NCBI GenBank assembly: GCA_016932595.1
Contig: JAFGCP010000305.1
Span: 1-45,951, forward strand
Direction of reading: 5' to 3'
From: Deltaproteobacteria bacterium
GTDB taxonomy: Bacteria > Desulfobacterota > WTBG01 > CAIYCZ01 > CAIRTM01
DNA: 45,951 bases
Shown here: positions 6,968 through 15,509 of the stretch, in pieces
How the letters are laid out: the number at the start of each line of letters is the position of its first letter
Numbering within the stretch: position 1 is the first letter of the stretch
Program-made: the position numbers and the translations under genes
The notes under the pieces: model-generated
Seen by the model: only the letters and a program-made list of their open reading frames with translations
The model's database searches: none
Told to the model about the DNA's origin: nothing

Positions 6968-8689
6968 TTGATGAAACAGGCGCACAACCTGTTTCTACTC
7001 TTCAATCAAAACAACACTCCTTCGAAACATATGAAAATAATCTACGCATCCGATATTCATGAGTCTTATAAAAACCTGCAAAAACTCTTTCGTATGACAG
7101 AGGCCGACCTCTATATAATCGCAGGAGACCTCCTTTACAGCGCCTTCCCTTCATGGGAACTTGCCGAACGCTTCACTGAGATGCAGCAACGCGTCTATTC
7201 CTGGGGCTTAAGCCGCGGCATAAAGGGAACACGCTTTACTATGGCCCGGCATATGCTTGAAACGCCGGAGACTCCTTTAATTGAACAGGCCCTCGCAAAA
7301 GAATTTCTTCGCATCACCGATCTTGCACAAGCAAGCATGCTTCAAAAATACGGCCGCATGGCAAAAATTTTTACCGCATCCGGCAAGACCGATATAATAA
7401 CCATCCCCGGCAACTACGATATGGATCTTAAAGAAACCGCCCTCGCATCATGGAACCTGCATCTGCAAACACGGATCATAAACGGGATTACCTTCGCCGG
7501 CTACGGTGGATCACCGGTATTCACGCCCGGCATACCCGACAACCTTCGGATTACCTACAATGAACTCAGGCAGAACGGGCGGCTCATATCTGAACCCTAT
7601 GAATTTTTCACAAAAACCAGCCCTGATGTTATCCTGCTGCACCAGCCTGCCTACGGTTACCTGGATACAATTGCCACCTACGGCAGCATCGGCAGTATTG
7701 GCGTTCGAGATTTTATCGACCACAGCAGCGTGCGCCTCGTGCTCAGCGGCCATATGCATGAAGACTGGGGTGCGATTTTCAAGCAGGGTAAAGTTTTCTT
7801 GAACCCTTCAAATTTCGGCCGCGTCGTAGAAATTCACCGTATTAAAAAAGGCGGCTACTTTACCGAATTTACCATGGACGGCACTACCTTCACAGGGGGC
7901 ATGCTGCGCCAGATCGACGGCGGAAAGGCATACGATATTGAGCAGTGCATTATGCGTGACGACAAATTCCGGCTGCTGGTGATAGACCTCAAGCGATACC
8001 GCTATCTCTCAAACATAAAAAAACGCCAGAAGCATATACGCGCCATACGCCTGTTTAATGCGCTGCGTGGGTTCTTTCAGAAACATGAAACCGAGGCAAC
8101 CCGCACACGCATAGAAGCACTAAAGGAATTCTGCCGCAAACTTCATAAGGAAGGCCATGAGATAGCATTCCACCTGCTTGGTTCTCTTAATTTCGGCATG
8201 GCGACCGACACATCGGATCTTGACACCGTGCTCTACTTCCGCGACCCGGCGATTACCGTTCCCGATGATGTCTCCTACCCTGTGCCCGACTACGTACGCT
8301 CACGCCTGGGAGAGCTGAAAGACAGCGGCATTGATCTTTCCATCTGCGACTGCTTAAATCTTGCGCGCATCGAGGAAGCGATCATCGCGCAGGATGTGGA
8401 CAACACGCTTCTGCAGCGCTTTATTTTTTATTATGGCACCTGCCGCTGCGTAAACGCGGAGCCCATCAAGGAGGTGGAAAACCTGCTCACCAACATGCAG
8501 CCGTTCCGCTTTGAGGTTGAAGGAGAGCTGGCCGAGGTCTTCCGCATGATGATCAGCAGCTTTCGCCACTCCTTCTCATTCAAAAAATACCAGATGCGCC
8601 TGCATGAAAAAGGCCTGACCGTGCCGCCATACATTGAAGAAAAAATCTGGGAGTATCTTGAATACCGGGATGAAAAGCAACAAAAATAA
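6968..8689 (+). CDS. Fusion protein: calcineurin-like metallophosphoesterase (N-terminal) plus Pol-beta-superfamily nucleotidyltransferase (C-terminal)
   Basis: The phosphoesterase motifs are SDIH, AGDLL, PGNYD, LLHQP and SGHMH. The nucleotidyltransferase motif is LLGSLNFGMATDTSDLDTVLY (G[SG]...DxD). The biological start may be the ATG at 7031 (MKIIYASDIH). Neither candidate start has an obvious Shine-Dalgarno site. Confidence 0.8.
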   Translation: MMKQAHNLFLLFNQNNTPSKHMKIIYASDIHESYKNLQKLFRMTEADLYIIAGDLLYSAFPSWELAERFTEMQQRVYSWGLSRGIKGTRFTMARHMLETPETPLIEQALAKEFLRITDLAQASMLQKYGRMAKIFTASGKTDIITIPGNYDMDLKETALASWNLHLQTRIINGITFAGYGGSPVFTPGIPDNLRITYNELRQNGRLISEPYEFFTKTSPDVILLHQPAYGYLDTIATYGSIGSIGVRDFIDHSSVRLVLSGHMHEDWGAIFKQGKVFLNPSNFGRVVEIHRIKKGGYFTEFTMDGTTFTGGMLRQIDGGKAYDIEQCIMRDDKFRLLVIDLKRYRYLSNIKKRQKHIRAIRLFNALRGFFQKHETEATRTRIEALKEFCRKLHKEGHEIAFHLLGSLNFGMATDTSDLDTVLYFRDPAITVPDDVSYPVPDYVRSRLGELKDSGIDLSICDCLNLARIEEAIIAQDVDNTLLQRFIFYYGTCRCVNAEPIKEVENLLTNMQPFRFEVEGELAEVFRMMISSFRHSFSFKKYQMRLHEKGLTVPPYIEEKIWEYLEYRDEKQQK

Positions 8690-8693
8690 CCCC

Positions 8694-8724
8694 CCTGCCC
8701 GGAACGGGGAGAATTTTTCTTTTC
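8694..8724 (+). terminator. Candidate intrinsic terminator after the fusion gene
   Basis: A short GC hairpin (CCCG-GAA-CGGG, with flanking pairs) is followed by TTTTTCTTTT. It sits between convergent genes. Confidence 0.45.
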
Positions 8725-8737
8725 ATCAGTCCTCTAT

Positions 8738-9292
8738 CTATTGTGCATCTCTTTTCCATATAACATTGCGCAAGCCTTCGCGGTAGCACAGTCGGCGGAT
8801 TTTATGGGGAATTATTGTGACAATATTGAAATTATAGGAGTCTGCAGCCTCACTAAGGCCCTGCTCTTCAAGTTGTTTCAAATACCGTGAATACGCGCGA
8901 ATTTCACGAAAACGATTACTATCTTCATTTTTTCTAAAAACATTGGCGATGCCCCAAACCTGCATTCCTGAGGCCCCGAAAAAATCAACTCCGGGGTTGT
9001 AGGGATCGGCGATACTATAGGATACTTTTTCGTTTGCGTGCATGTTGGCTATTTTGCCCCCACCCTCGCAGAACATATGCACGGTGAGGCCGTTATTAAA
9101 ATACTCAACTGGCGTGCACCGGGGCTCATTGTCCTTGCAGGTTGCCAAATGCAGCACGTTGTGGCTGCTGAGATAGTTGATGGCCATTTCAATGAACTCT
9201 TCTTCCGTCATGGCCGCACGCATATTGATTCCGGCCATTTCAAAGGCCTTCAGCTCTTTGGCGTTTGGTTGCGGGACGATTACTTTTCCCAT
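8738..9292 (-). CDS. Pyridoxamine 5'-phosphate oxidase-like (split-barrel flavin-binding) family protein
   Basis: 184 aa. The segment LHLATCKDNEPRCTPVEYFNNGLTVHMFCEGGGKIANM resembles the PNPOx-like fold family. AGGAGG lies 8 nt upstream of the ATG. Confidence 0.5.
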   Translation of the reverse strand: MGKVIVPQPNAKELKAFEMAGINMRAAMTEEEFIEMAINYLSSHNVLHLATCKDNEPRCTPVEYFNNGLTVHMFCEGGGKIANMHANEKVSYSIADPYNPGVDFFGASGMQVWGIANVFRKNEDSNRFREIRAYSRYLKQLEEQGLSEAADSYNFNIVTIIPHKIRRLCYREGLRNVIWKRDAQ

Positions 9293-9424
9293 GACAGCAT
9301 CCTCCTGTAAAAAATTTGATTATTGATGATTGTGCGCCTCGATTGTTTGTTCATAATTTTAATAAAACCGGCTATATGGCTAGAGCATTTTTCTTTATTG
9401 TGTAGCCAAATTCTCCATACATGC

Positions 9425-9496
9425 CATTCCCGTTCGTGGTGAGCTTGTCGAACCATGAACGGGAATGCGGCCCTTCGACAGGCTCAGGGCGAACGC
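9425..9496. repeat. Palindromic intergenic repeat element of the VSLSNHE / PFDRLRAN type
   Basis: A perfect 11-bp inverted repeat pairs CATTCCCGTTC (9425..9435) with GAACGGGAATG (9457..9467). Imperfect ~21-nt inverted arms pair GTTCGTGGTGAGCTTGTCGAA with TTCGACAGGCTCAGGGCGAAC. Translation gives the spurious peptide strings typical of this widespread repeat. Confidence 0.6.
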
Positions 9497-9828
9497 ATAG
9501 GAGTTTCGTTTTTGAAAGATATTTTTTTTGCAGGCTACAGTATTTAGAAAAATGCCCTAAACAGAAAAAACGCCGGAAATTCTTCATCCTTTAGACCTGT
9601 GAACGAACAGCCGGTATGTACAATAAATGCCACTGCATGAACAGTATAGCCATAAACAGGCCAAACCCTTTGAAAAGATACAGCCGGAAATTTTGGCGCG
9701 TATGCGCATTGATTACAAATCATATCTAAAAAAACATGCTCAGAACGCGGGGCAGGGAAAGCAGCCGTTGCAAAAACGCTGCCCATGATATTTTTGGCTG
9801 TTCCATAGATGCGAAAAGTCTCAATAGC

Positions 9829-9868
9829 GGACCAGCAGTGCATGGGCCGCCCGGTGCACCGCTGGTCC
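9829..9868 (-). terminator. Strong GC-rich stem-loop immediately after the LMW-PTP stop codon (candidate terminator, weak U tract)
   Basis: GGACCAGC-A-GTGCA ... TGCAC-C-GCTGGTCC forms 13 paired positions. Only a short T run follows on the minus strand. Confidence 0.4.
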
Positions 9869-9869
9869 T

Positions 9870-10364
9870 CTAAACGGAGTCAGAACCCTTCTGTAGCAGA
9901 GCAATGATATGGGGGGCGCTGCGTTCAACAATCGGCCCCAATTCTTTAACTACTGCCAGATATTCTTCCGGAGAAACCATTGCAACATCGGGTATATCAT
10001 AGCGCTGCATAATCATCTCGCTTAACATGTAAACACGCGCTGCGTACTGTGGAAATTCGACTTGCAGAGCTTCTTTATGAAAGCTTGTCATGCACAAAAC
10101 AAGATCGGATTCAGCCAATAAATCGCTTGTTATTGAGCGGGAGCGATGATGCCTCAGATCAATGCCCGCAGCAAGCAAATGGGGCAAAACCGACGAAACA
10201 ACACATTCGCCATCCTGCGCCCAGGTTCCGCAGGACTCAACATGCCAGGAACCGGTTATCCGATGCTGCTGCAGCCATTTTTTAAATAAAAATACCGCAA
10301 TCGGGGAACGACATAAATTGGCCGTACACACAAACATTACTGTTGGCATATAACCGGTCCACAA
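9870..10364 (-). CDS. Low-molecular-weight protein-tyrosine phosphatase (Wzb-like)
   Basis: The CX5R(S/T) P-loop is VMFVCTANLCRSP near the N-terminus. The protein is ~160 aa and lies directly downstream of the BY-kinase gene. Confidence 0.85.
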   Translation of the reverse strand: MWTGYMPTVMFVCTANLCRSPIAVFLFKKWLQQHRITGSWHVESCGTWAQDGECVVSSVLPHLLAAGIDLRHHRSRSITSDLLAESDLVLCMTSFHKEALQVEFPQYAARVYMLSEMIMQRYDIPDVAMVSPEEYLAVVKELGPIVERSAPHIIALLQKGSDSV

Positions 10365-10419
10365 AAAAAATTTTCCGAAACCATCTTCAGATTCGTCATG
10401 TCAGCGGCACAGGTATAGG

Positions 10420-12114
10420 CTATACACTGGGTAACGTTTTTTTTTCCTTTTCTTTTACAAACATTCGGTTAAACTGCTTTTTGACTAAGCACTGCATATA
10501 CGCAACCGGATTCTTGAGTAATCCGGGCTGAAAGTTATTCTCCTCATTATATTTGGAATTGTAATAATAGCTGCTGTAATGGTAATGATAATAGGTGCTT
10601 CTATCACGAGGCGCCTTGTTGAAAACAACCCCTATAATATAGGCACCTGCGCGCTCCAGCTGCTCTTTGGCGTGCAGCAGATCTGCAAACCGCGTCTTGC
10701 CCACCTCAACGACCAGAACCACCCCATCAACCCTATGGGCCAGCATGGATGCATCCGTCATTGCCGCAATAGGCGGGGAGTCTAACAGGATAATATCGCT
10801 CGTTTCTGCAATGAAGTCCAGCAACTGCCCCATTTTATTCGACCCCAGCAACTCAGCCGGATTGGGAGGAAGGTTGCCGGCGTTCAGTAAACTCAGGTTG
10901 GGAGCATCCGTTGGCCGCAATACATTTTCAAAATTAATTGTCTCCTGCAGCAGAAGCGCTGAGAGGCCATGCCTGTTTGATTTATCGAAATGCTTGTGCA
11001 GAGACGGGCGATGCATATCGCAATCAAGCAGGGCAACCGTTTTGCCGGCCTGGGCGAAAACAGTGGCAAGGTTTGCAGCCACAAAGGATTTTCCCTCCTG
11101 GGCATTGATGCTCGTTACGAGAATCCTGCGCATAGGCCTTTCAATGCCGGCATACAGTATATTGGACCGAAGAAATCGAAACGCCTCGGTTATGGGCGCA
11201 CGAGGCTTTTTATGCGCGATCGGTTTGTCCTCTGCCTCCTTGCTTGACAGGAGAACAGCTACCCCAATCAGAGGAAGTTGCAGACCCGTGGTGATCTGTT
11301 CAGCATTTTTAATGGAATCGTCCAGGTAATCAATGATAAAAATCAAAGCAACACCAAGCAGCAAACCGAAAATAACGCCCAAAACCACACTTCGGGCAAT
11401 GCGGGGGCGAACCGGAAACAGGGGCACACTTGCCCTGTCTACAACAATCACATTGTTCAAAATTTGGGCTTCAACCAGGCGTTGACTTTCATAACTTTGC
11501 ACCAGGCTGGATCGGCTTTGCCGCAAACGGACCAAATCAGATTCAAGGGAGGACCGCTTGTTTAATGCCGAGGGATCGTTATTGCCAAACAATGTGGCAA
11601 TCTGAGACTCCATCTGCTCGATCTGTTTATCAAGGGCGGCAATTTCCTTGGCAAGGCTTTTTTTGGATTCAACAAAACGGCTCGACTGAGTAGAGTTATT
11701 GTATGCGATAAACACTTCCGGGATAAGGTTACAAAGGGCTGCCGCACGCACCGGATCCGTATCATCGACGCTCAACCTGATTAATTGCGTATCCTTCACC
11801 AATTGCACCTGAAGCATCCAGACGAGTGCTTGGGCGTTAAACGGACACTTCAAACGGGCAACAACCTCAGAGAGTATCGCTTCTGACTGCAGCAATTGAA
11901 CATAGGTGCGCGCCAGCCGCTCACTGACTTGGAGCGAAGCTAAATCAACGCCCTTCGCACCCGAGGCTTCACTGATCAAAACTGTACTGACGGCCTGAAA
12001 CACAGGCTCCTGCATGGAGCTTCTCAGATATGCAAACCCGCCGCTGAAAGCTATACAAAAAAATAACAGCCACCACCATCGCAATAAAAGAGAGAAATAC
12101 CCTCGAAGCTCCAC
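10420..12114 (-). CDS. Polysaccharide co-polymerase / tyrosine autokinase (Wzc/GumC/EpsG-like BY-kinase)
   Basis: There is an N-terminal TM segment, a Wzz-like coiled region and a second TM segment. The ATPase motifs are Walker A (NAQEGKS), A' (LLDCDMHRP) and B (IILLDSPP). The Tyr cluster is STYYHYHYSSYYYNSKY. Confidence 0.9.
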   Translation of the reverse strand: MELRGYFSLLLRWWWLLFFCIAFSGGFAYLRSSMQEPVFQAVSTVLISEASGAKGVDLASLQVSERLARTYVQLLQSEAILSEVVARLKCPFNAQALVWMLQVQLVKDTQLIRLSVDDTDPVRAAALCNLIPEVFIAYNNSTQSSRFVESKKSLAKEIAALDKQIEQMESQIATLFGNNDPSALNKRSSLESDLVRLRQSRSSLVQSYESQRLVEAQILNNVIVVDRASVPLFPVRPRIARSVVLGVIFGLLLGVALIFIIDYLDDSIKNAEQITTGLQLPLIGVAVLLSSKEAEDKPIAHKKPRAPITEAFRFLRSNILYAGIERPMRRILVTSINAQEGKSFVAANLATVFAQAGKTVALLDCDMHRPSLHKHFDKSNRHGLSALLLQETINFENVLRPTDAPNLSLLNAGNLPPNPAELLGSNKMGQLLDFIAETSDIILLDSPPIAAMTDASMLAHRVDGVVLVVEVGKTRFADLLHAKEQLERAGAYIIGVVFNKAPRDRSTYYHYHYSSYYYNSKYNEENNFQPGLLKNPVAYMQCLVKKQFNRMFVKEKEKKTLPSV

Positions 12115-12330
12115 CCCCCACTCCTTTCAAATATACAGGAAAGCAACTGTTCTATCTGCACCATAAATGCTTCAGCAGCATACCTATCTTGGCAAACAAA
12201 TAAAACAATTATTAAATCAACAATTGCATTTTTATATTATATCAACACAAACAACTTTGGTCAAATCCAATCTTTTTTACAATAAACTGCTATTGGATTC
12301 ATGCTCCACCTTGCTCGGACCCTTTTGCGA

Positions 12331-12534
12331 TCAGTGTTGTACTCCTTCTCTCCTGGCGACCTTAAAAAAGGTCAGCAGAATAATCTTCATATCAAGCAGC
12401 ATAGAGCGGTTCCTCAAATACTACTCATCGAATGGCGCCTTCACCGGCATCGGAAATTCATCCCGACCATTAATCTGCGCCCAACCCGGCAAAACGGGAT
12501 TCAGCCTATGAATCTCTTTCCGACAAATCCGGTT
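12331..12534 (-). pseudogene. 3' fragment of a bacterial sugar transferase (initiating phosphoglycosyl transferase, WbaP/PglC/EpsL family) with an in-frame TAG
   Basis: The minus-strand translation is NRICRKEIHRLNPVLPGWAQINGRDEFPMPVKAPFDE*YLRNRSMLLDMKIILLTFFKVARREGVQH. It matches the family C-terminal signature PGxTGWAQxNGR...D.eY..n.S..lD.kI. The in-frame TAG is at 12421..12423. The N-terminal two thirds are absent, and the intact GT2 gene ends at 12554. Confidence 0.7.
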
Positions 12535-12553
12535 TCACCGGCAGCAAACACGT

Positions 12554-13303
12554 TCATGCAGGCCTCTGAAAGAGTTGGGCCACTTTGCGAAAATATTTTG
12601 AGTACACTTTCAGCATGTTCGTTGAAATACCATTTTCGGCACAAGCCCGCAAAATCTCCCGGTTCAGTATCCAGTTGCTCCGCAGTCCACGCGTACTGAG
12701 CCCACCGGTACGCATCCGTACAATGACCTCAGGTAAATAGGCGTACCTCACCCGGTGGCGGGCCAAAAAGCGGGCAGTCAATTCGTAATCCGCCGCAATC
12801 CGGTAATCGGTTCGAAACAGGCCAAAACGCTCATATATCTCCCGACGGACAAAAAATGTCGGGTGGGGTGGCATCCACCCCCATGCAAACTTCTCCGGCG
12901 TGAAGCCCGCACCCGCATAGTAGCGCACCACCTGATCCAGATTGTTCGGCTTCACATACACCAGATCCGCAAACAGGGCCTCGGCGCCGCTTTCCCGGAA
13001 CATGCGCAGAACCTTCTCAAGCACCTGCGGGCCGGCATAAAAATCATCAGAATTGAGTATTCCCACGATATCGCCGGTTGCAAGCCTGATACCCTTATTC
13101 ATTGCCTCATAGATGCCGTGATCCGGCTCGGAGAGAATACGGGCAGTGGGAGAAAGTCTGCGCACGATCTCAAGGGTGTTATCAGTGGACGCACCATCAA
13201 TAATAATATGCTCGGAGGGAGATGTCTGTTCATCAACACTGCGCAGGCAGTCCGAGATAGTCGCGGAGGAATTGAAGGTGGCTGTGATGATGGAAATATC
13301 CAC
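12554..13303 (-). CDS. Family-2 glycosyltransferase (WcaA-like)
   Basis: Motifs are ISIITATFNS....IIIDGASTDNT and ILNSDD. A GTG start lies 1 nt after the upstream stop codon. Confidence 0.85.
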   Translation of the reverse strand: MDISIITATFNSSATISDCLRSVDEQTSPSEHIIIDGASTDNTLEIVRRLSPTARILSEPDHGIYEAMNKGIRLATGDIVGILNSDDFYAGPQVLEKVLRMFRESGAEALFADLVYVKPNNLDQVVRYYAGAGFTPEKFAWGWMPPHPTFFVRREIYERFGLFRTDYRIAADYELTARFLARHRVRYAYLPEVIVRMRTGGLSTRGLRSNWILNREILRACAENGISTNMLKVYSKYFRKVAQLFQRPA

Positions 13304-13304
13304 C

Positions 13305-15062
13305 CTAGTTTTCCCTGCGCTCCATAAACCAGTTCCCCATCACCAGTACATCCATCCTGGTGCGCAAAAAACAGTCGAGGGCTTCCTCCGGTTTACAGAC
13401 CACCGGCTCATTTTCATTAAATGATGTATTGAGGACCGTCGGCACCCCGGTGATGGCCTCAAAGGACTTGATCAAATGATAATAACGGGGGTTCTGTAAT
13501 TCGGTTACACTCTGCAAGCGGCCCGAACCGTTGACATGGGTAACCGCCGGAATCAGCTGCCGCTTATCCTCACGAATCTGATACACTTGCAGCATAAAGG
13601 GAACATCATAATCGGTTTCAAACCATTCCTCAACTGCTTCACGGATTATCGAAGGAGCAAAAGGCCGAAACGATTCACGACGCTTGATCTTCAGGTTCAG
13701 GATATCCTTCATGTCGGCGCGACGAGGATCGCAGACGATAGAACGGTTGCCCAGCGCTCGCGGCCCCCACTCCAAGCGCCCCTGAAACCAGCCGATCACC
13801 TTGCCTTCAGCAACCCGTAGCGCCGTCCGGCGGCACAGCTCTGCTTCGTCCAAAATCTCCTCAACTGAGCAATTCACCGCCTGTATCTTTTGAGCATTCA
13901 CAGTCAACAGTTCGCCGATCTCCGCATTGCTGAACTCCGGTCCGAGATAGGCATGATCCATTACAAAAGAACGCGGATTGCCCAGTTCCTGGTTCCAGAC
14001 ATAAAACGCAGCGCCGATTGCACCGCCGCCGTCTCCGGCCGCCGACTGGATATAAATCTCCCGGAAGGGGCTCCTGTCAAAAACCTTGCCATTGGCAACT
14101 GAATTCATGGCGCAGCCGCCGGATAGGCAAAGATTCGGGGACTTCGTTTCCATATGGACATGCTGCAGCAAATGAAAAAAAGCCTCTTCGTACATCGCCT
14201 GAAGAGAAGCGGCCAGATCCTTGTGATACTGGCTCAGCGGCTCATCTCTGCCCCGTGGCGGCCCCAGCAGCTCAGCCAGCTTCGCCGAATAGACGGTGCC
14301 GATCTTCGGCTCGCCATCCTCCCATACCATGGAGACCCCTTCGGAATGATGAATAAAATAATCCAGATCCAGCTCAAAAAGCCCTTTTGGCTTCAGCAGA
14401 ACGATCCGCCGCATTTTCTCCAGCTGAGACACTGAACCATAGGGCGCCAAGCCCATGACTTTATATTCGTCGCCGTAATGGGGAAAACCCAGAAACTGGG
14501 TCATGGCCAGATAGAACAGGCCCAGCGAGTGCGGGAATGACACCTCATCGTGAACGGTGATGGATGCCCCGCTCCCCATGCCCCACATGGTGCTGAGAAA
14601 ATCACCGAAACCGTCTACTGAAACAACGGCGGCCGAATCAAAAGACGAGACAAAAAAAGAGCTGGCCAAGTGCGCCAGATGGTGCTCCACATCATGGATG
14701 CGGGCACGGCAGCTGTCCGCTTTTACCCCCAGCCCTTGACACAGCAGTGCCCGAATATCTTTAACCTTTCCGGCATTCCTGAGCCGGTCTTTGATCGCTT
14801 CAAGGCTGGGGCGCTTGGTGAACGCAAAAAGCGCCTTCTGCAGGAGGTGGGCGCTTGGTTTGCGGTTAATGGCGATATGGTCAACCTGGTCGATAGATAT
14901 CCCGCCTGCCGACAGGCAATAGCGCACTGCCTGGGTCGGAAGCCCAGCCCAGTGCTTGATGCGCCTGAAACGTTCCTCTTCGGCAGCTGCCACCAGCTGG
15001 CCGTTGATAAGGAGACAGGCTGACGAGTCTCCGTGATATGCATTAAGTCCAAGTATAATCAT
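13305..15062 (-). CDS. Carbamoyltransferase (NodU/CmcH family)
   Basis: The N-terminus ILGLNAYHGDSSACLLINGQLVAAAEEERFRRIKH and the 585-aa length are typical of the family. Stop and start codons are tightly packed with the neighbouring genes. Confidence 0.85.
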   Translation of the reverse strand: MIILGLNAYHGDSSACLLINGQLVAAAEEERFRRIKHWAGLPTQAVRYCLSAGGISIDQVDHIAINRKPSAHLLQKALFAFTKRPSLEAIKDRLRNAGKVKDIRALLCQGLGVKADSCRARIHDVEHHLAHLASSFFVSSFDSAAVVSVDGFGDFLSTMWGMGSGASITVHDEVSFPHSLGLFYLAMTQFLGFPHYGDEYKVMGLAPYGSVSQLEKMRRIVLLKPKGLFELDLDYFIHHSEGVSMVWEDGEPKIGTVYSAKLAELLGPPRGRDEPLSQYHKDLAASLQAMYEEAFFHLLQHVHMETKSPNLCLSGGCAMNSVANGKVFDRSPFREIYIQSAAGDGGGAIGAAFYVWNQELGNPRSFVMDHAYLGPEFSNAEIGELLTVNAQKIQAVNCSVEEILDEAELCRRTALRVAEGKVIGWFQGRLEWGPRALGNRSIVCDPRRADMKDILNLKIKRRESFRPFAPSIIREAVEEWFETDYDVPFMLQVYQIREDKRQLIPAVTHVNGSGRLQSVTELQNPRYYHLIKSFEAITGVPTVLNTSFNENEPVVCKPEEALDCFLRTRMDVLVMGNWFMERREN

Positions 15063-15071
15063 GAATATCTC

Positions 15072-15332
15072 CTAAAATTGAAAATAGATAAATTGATTAA
15101 CCGGTTTCAAAAATATAAAATAAAGATAAATCATCGTGCTCAACGCGGCTACCTCCGATACGCGGAAAACGACTGGGTGGCTGAATATTGCAAGACGCGC
15201 TTGTTTGATGGCATACGCTGCCAGCATGGCGGCCATAATAAGAAAAACGATAAGATAAAAATTCTCATAAAACAAAAGATGCATATGTGAACCAGAATGA
15301 ATACGGTTGCCGGGCAAAGTAGAGATCTGCAC
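15072..15332 (-). CDS. Small hydrophobic protein (about two TM segments), unknown function
   Basis: A GTG start is preceded by GAGGAGGAGG at a 10-nt spacing. The stop codon overlaps the Shine-Dalgarno site of the carbamoyltransferase gene. I recognise no family. Confidence 0.35.
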   Translation of the reverse strand: MQISTLPGNRIHSGSHMHLLFYENFYLIVFLIMAAMLAAYAIKQARLAIFSHPVVFRVSEVAALSTMIYLYFIFLKPVNQFIYFQF

Positions 15333-15509
15333 TAAAGCAGCACCTCCTCCTCAGGATGGCGGTTTTTGACATCAGCGAACCAATCCTTTTTATCTCCTGC
15401 ACTCTTGTCCAACCCGACAGCTGAAGCAAACAGCCGTTTACGTTTCTACAAGCTATGCCGGCTGATGCAGATCGGTTACCGGCAAAAGGCAACGCCCCTT
15501 TTCCCCCGA

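Noticed and set aside
9372-9843. ORFs 9372..9587 and 9544..9843 as protein-coding genes
   Set aside because: The first is the translation artefact of the palindromic repeat element. The second starts inside the terminator-like hairpin and has no Shine-Dalgarno site and no recognisable family.
12421-12423. In-frame TAG in the sugar-transferase fragment as a pyrrolysine or programmed readthrough codon
   Set aside because: The fragment lacks the entire N-terminal catalytic and membrane part of the enzyme and is bounded upstream by another stop codon. A simple decayed gene remnant is far more likely than recoding.
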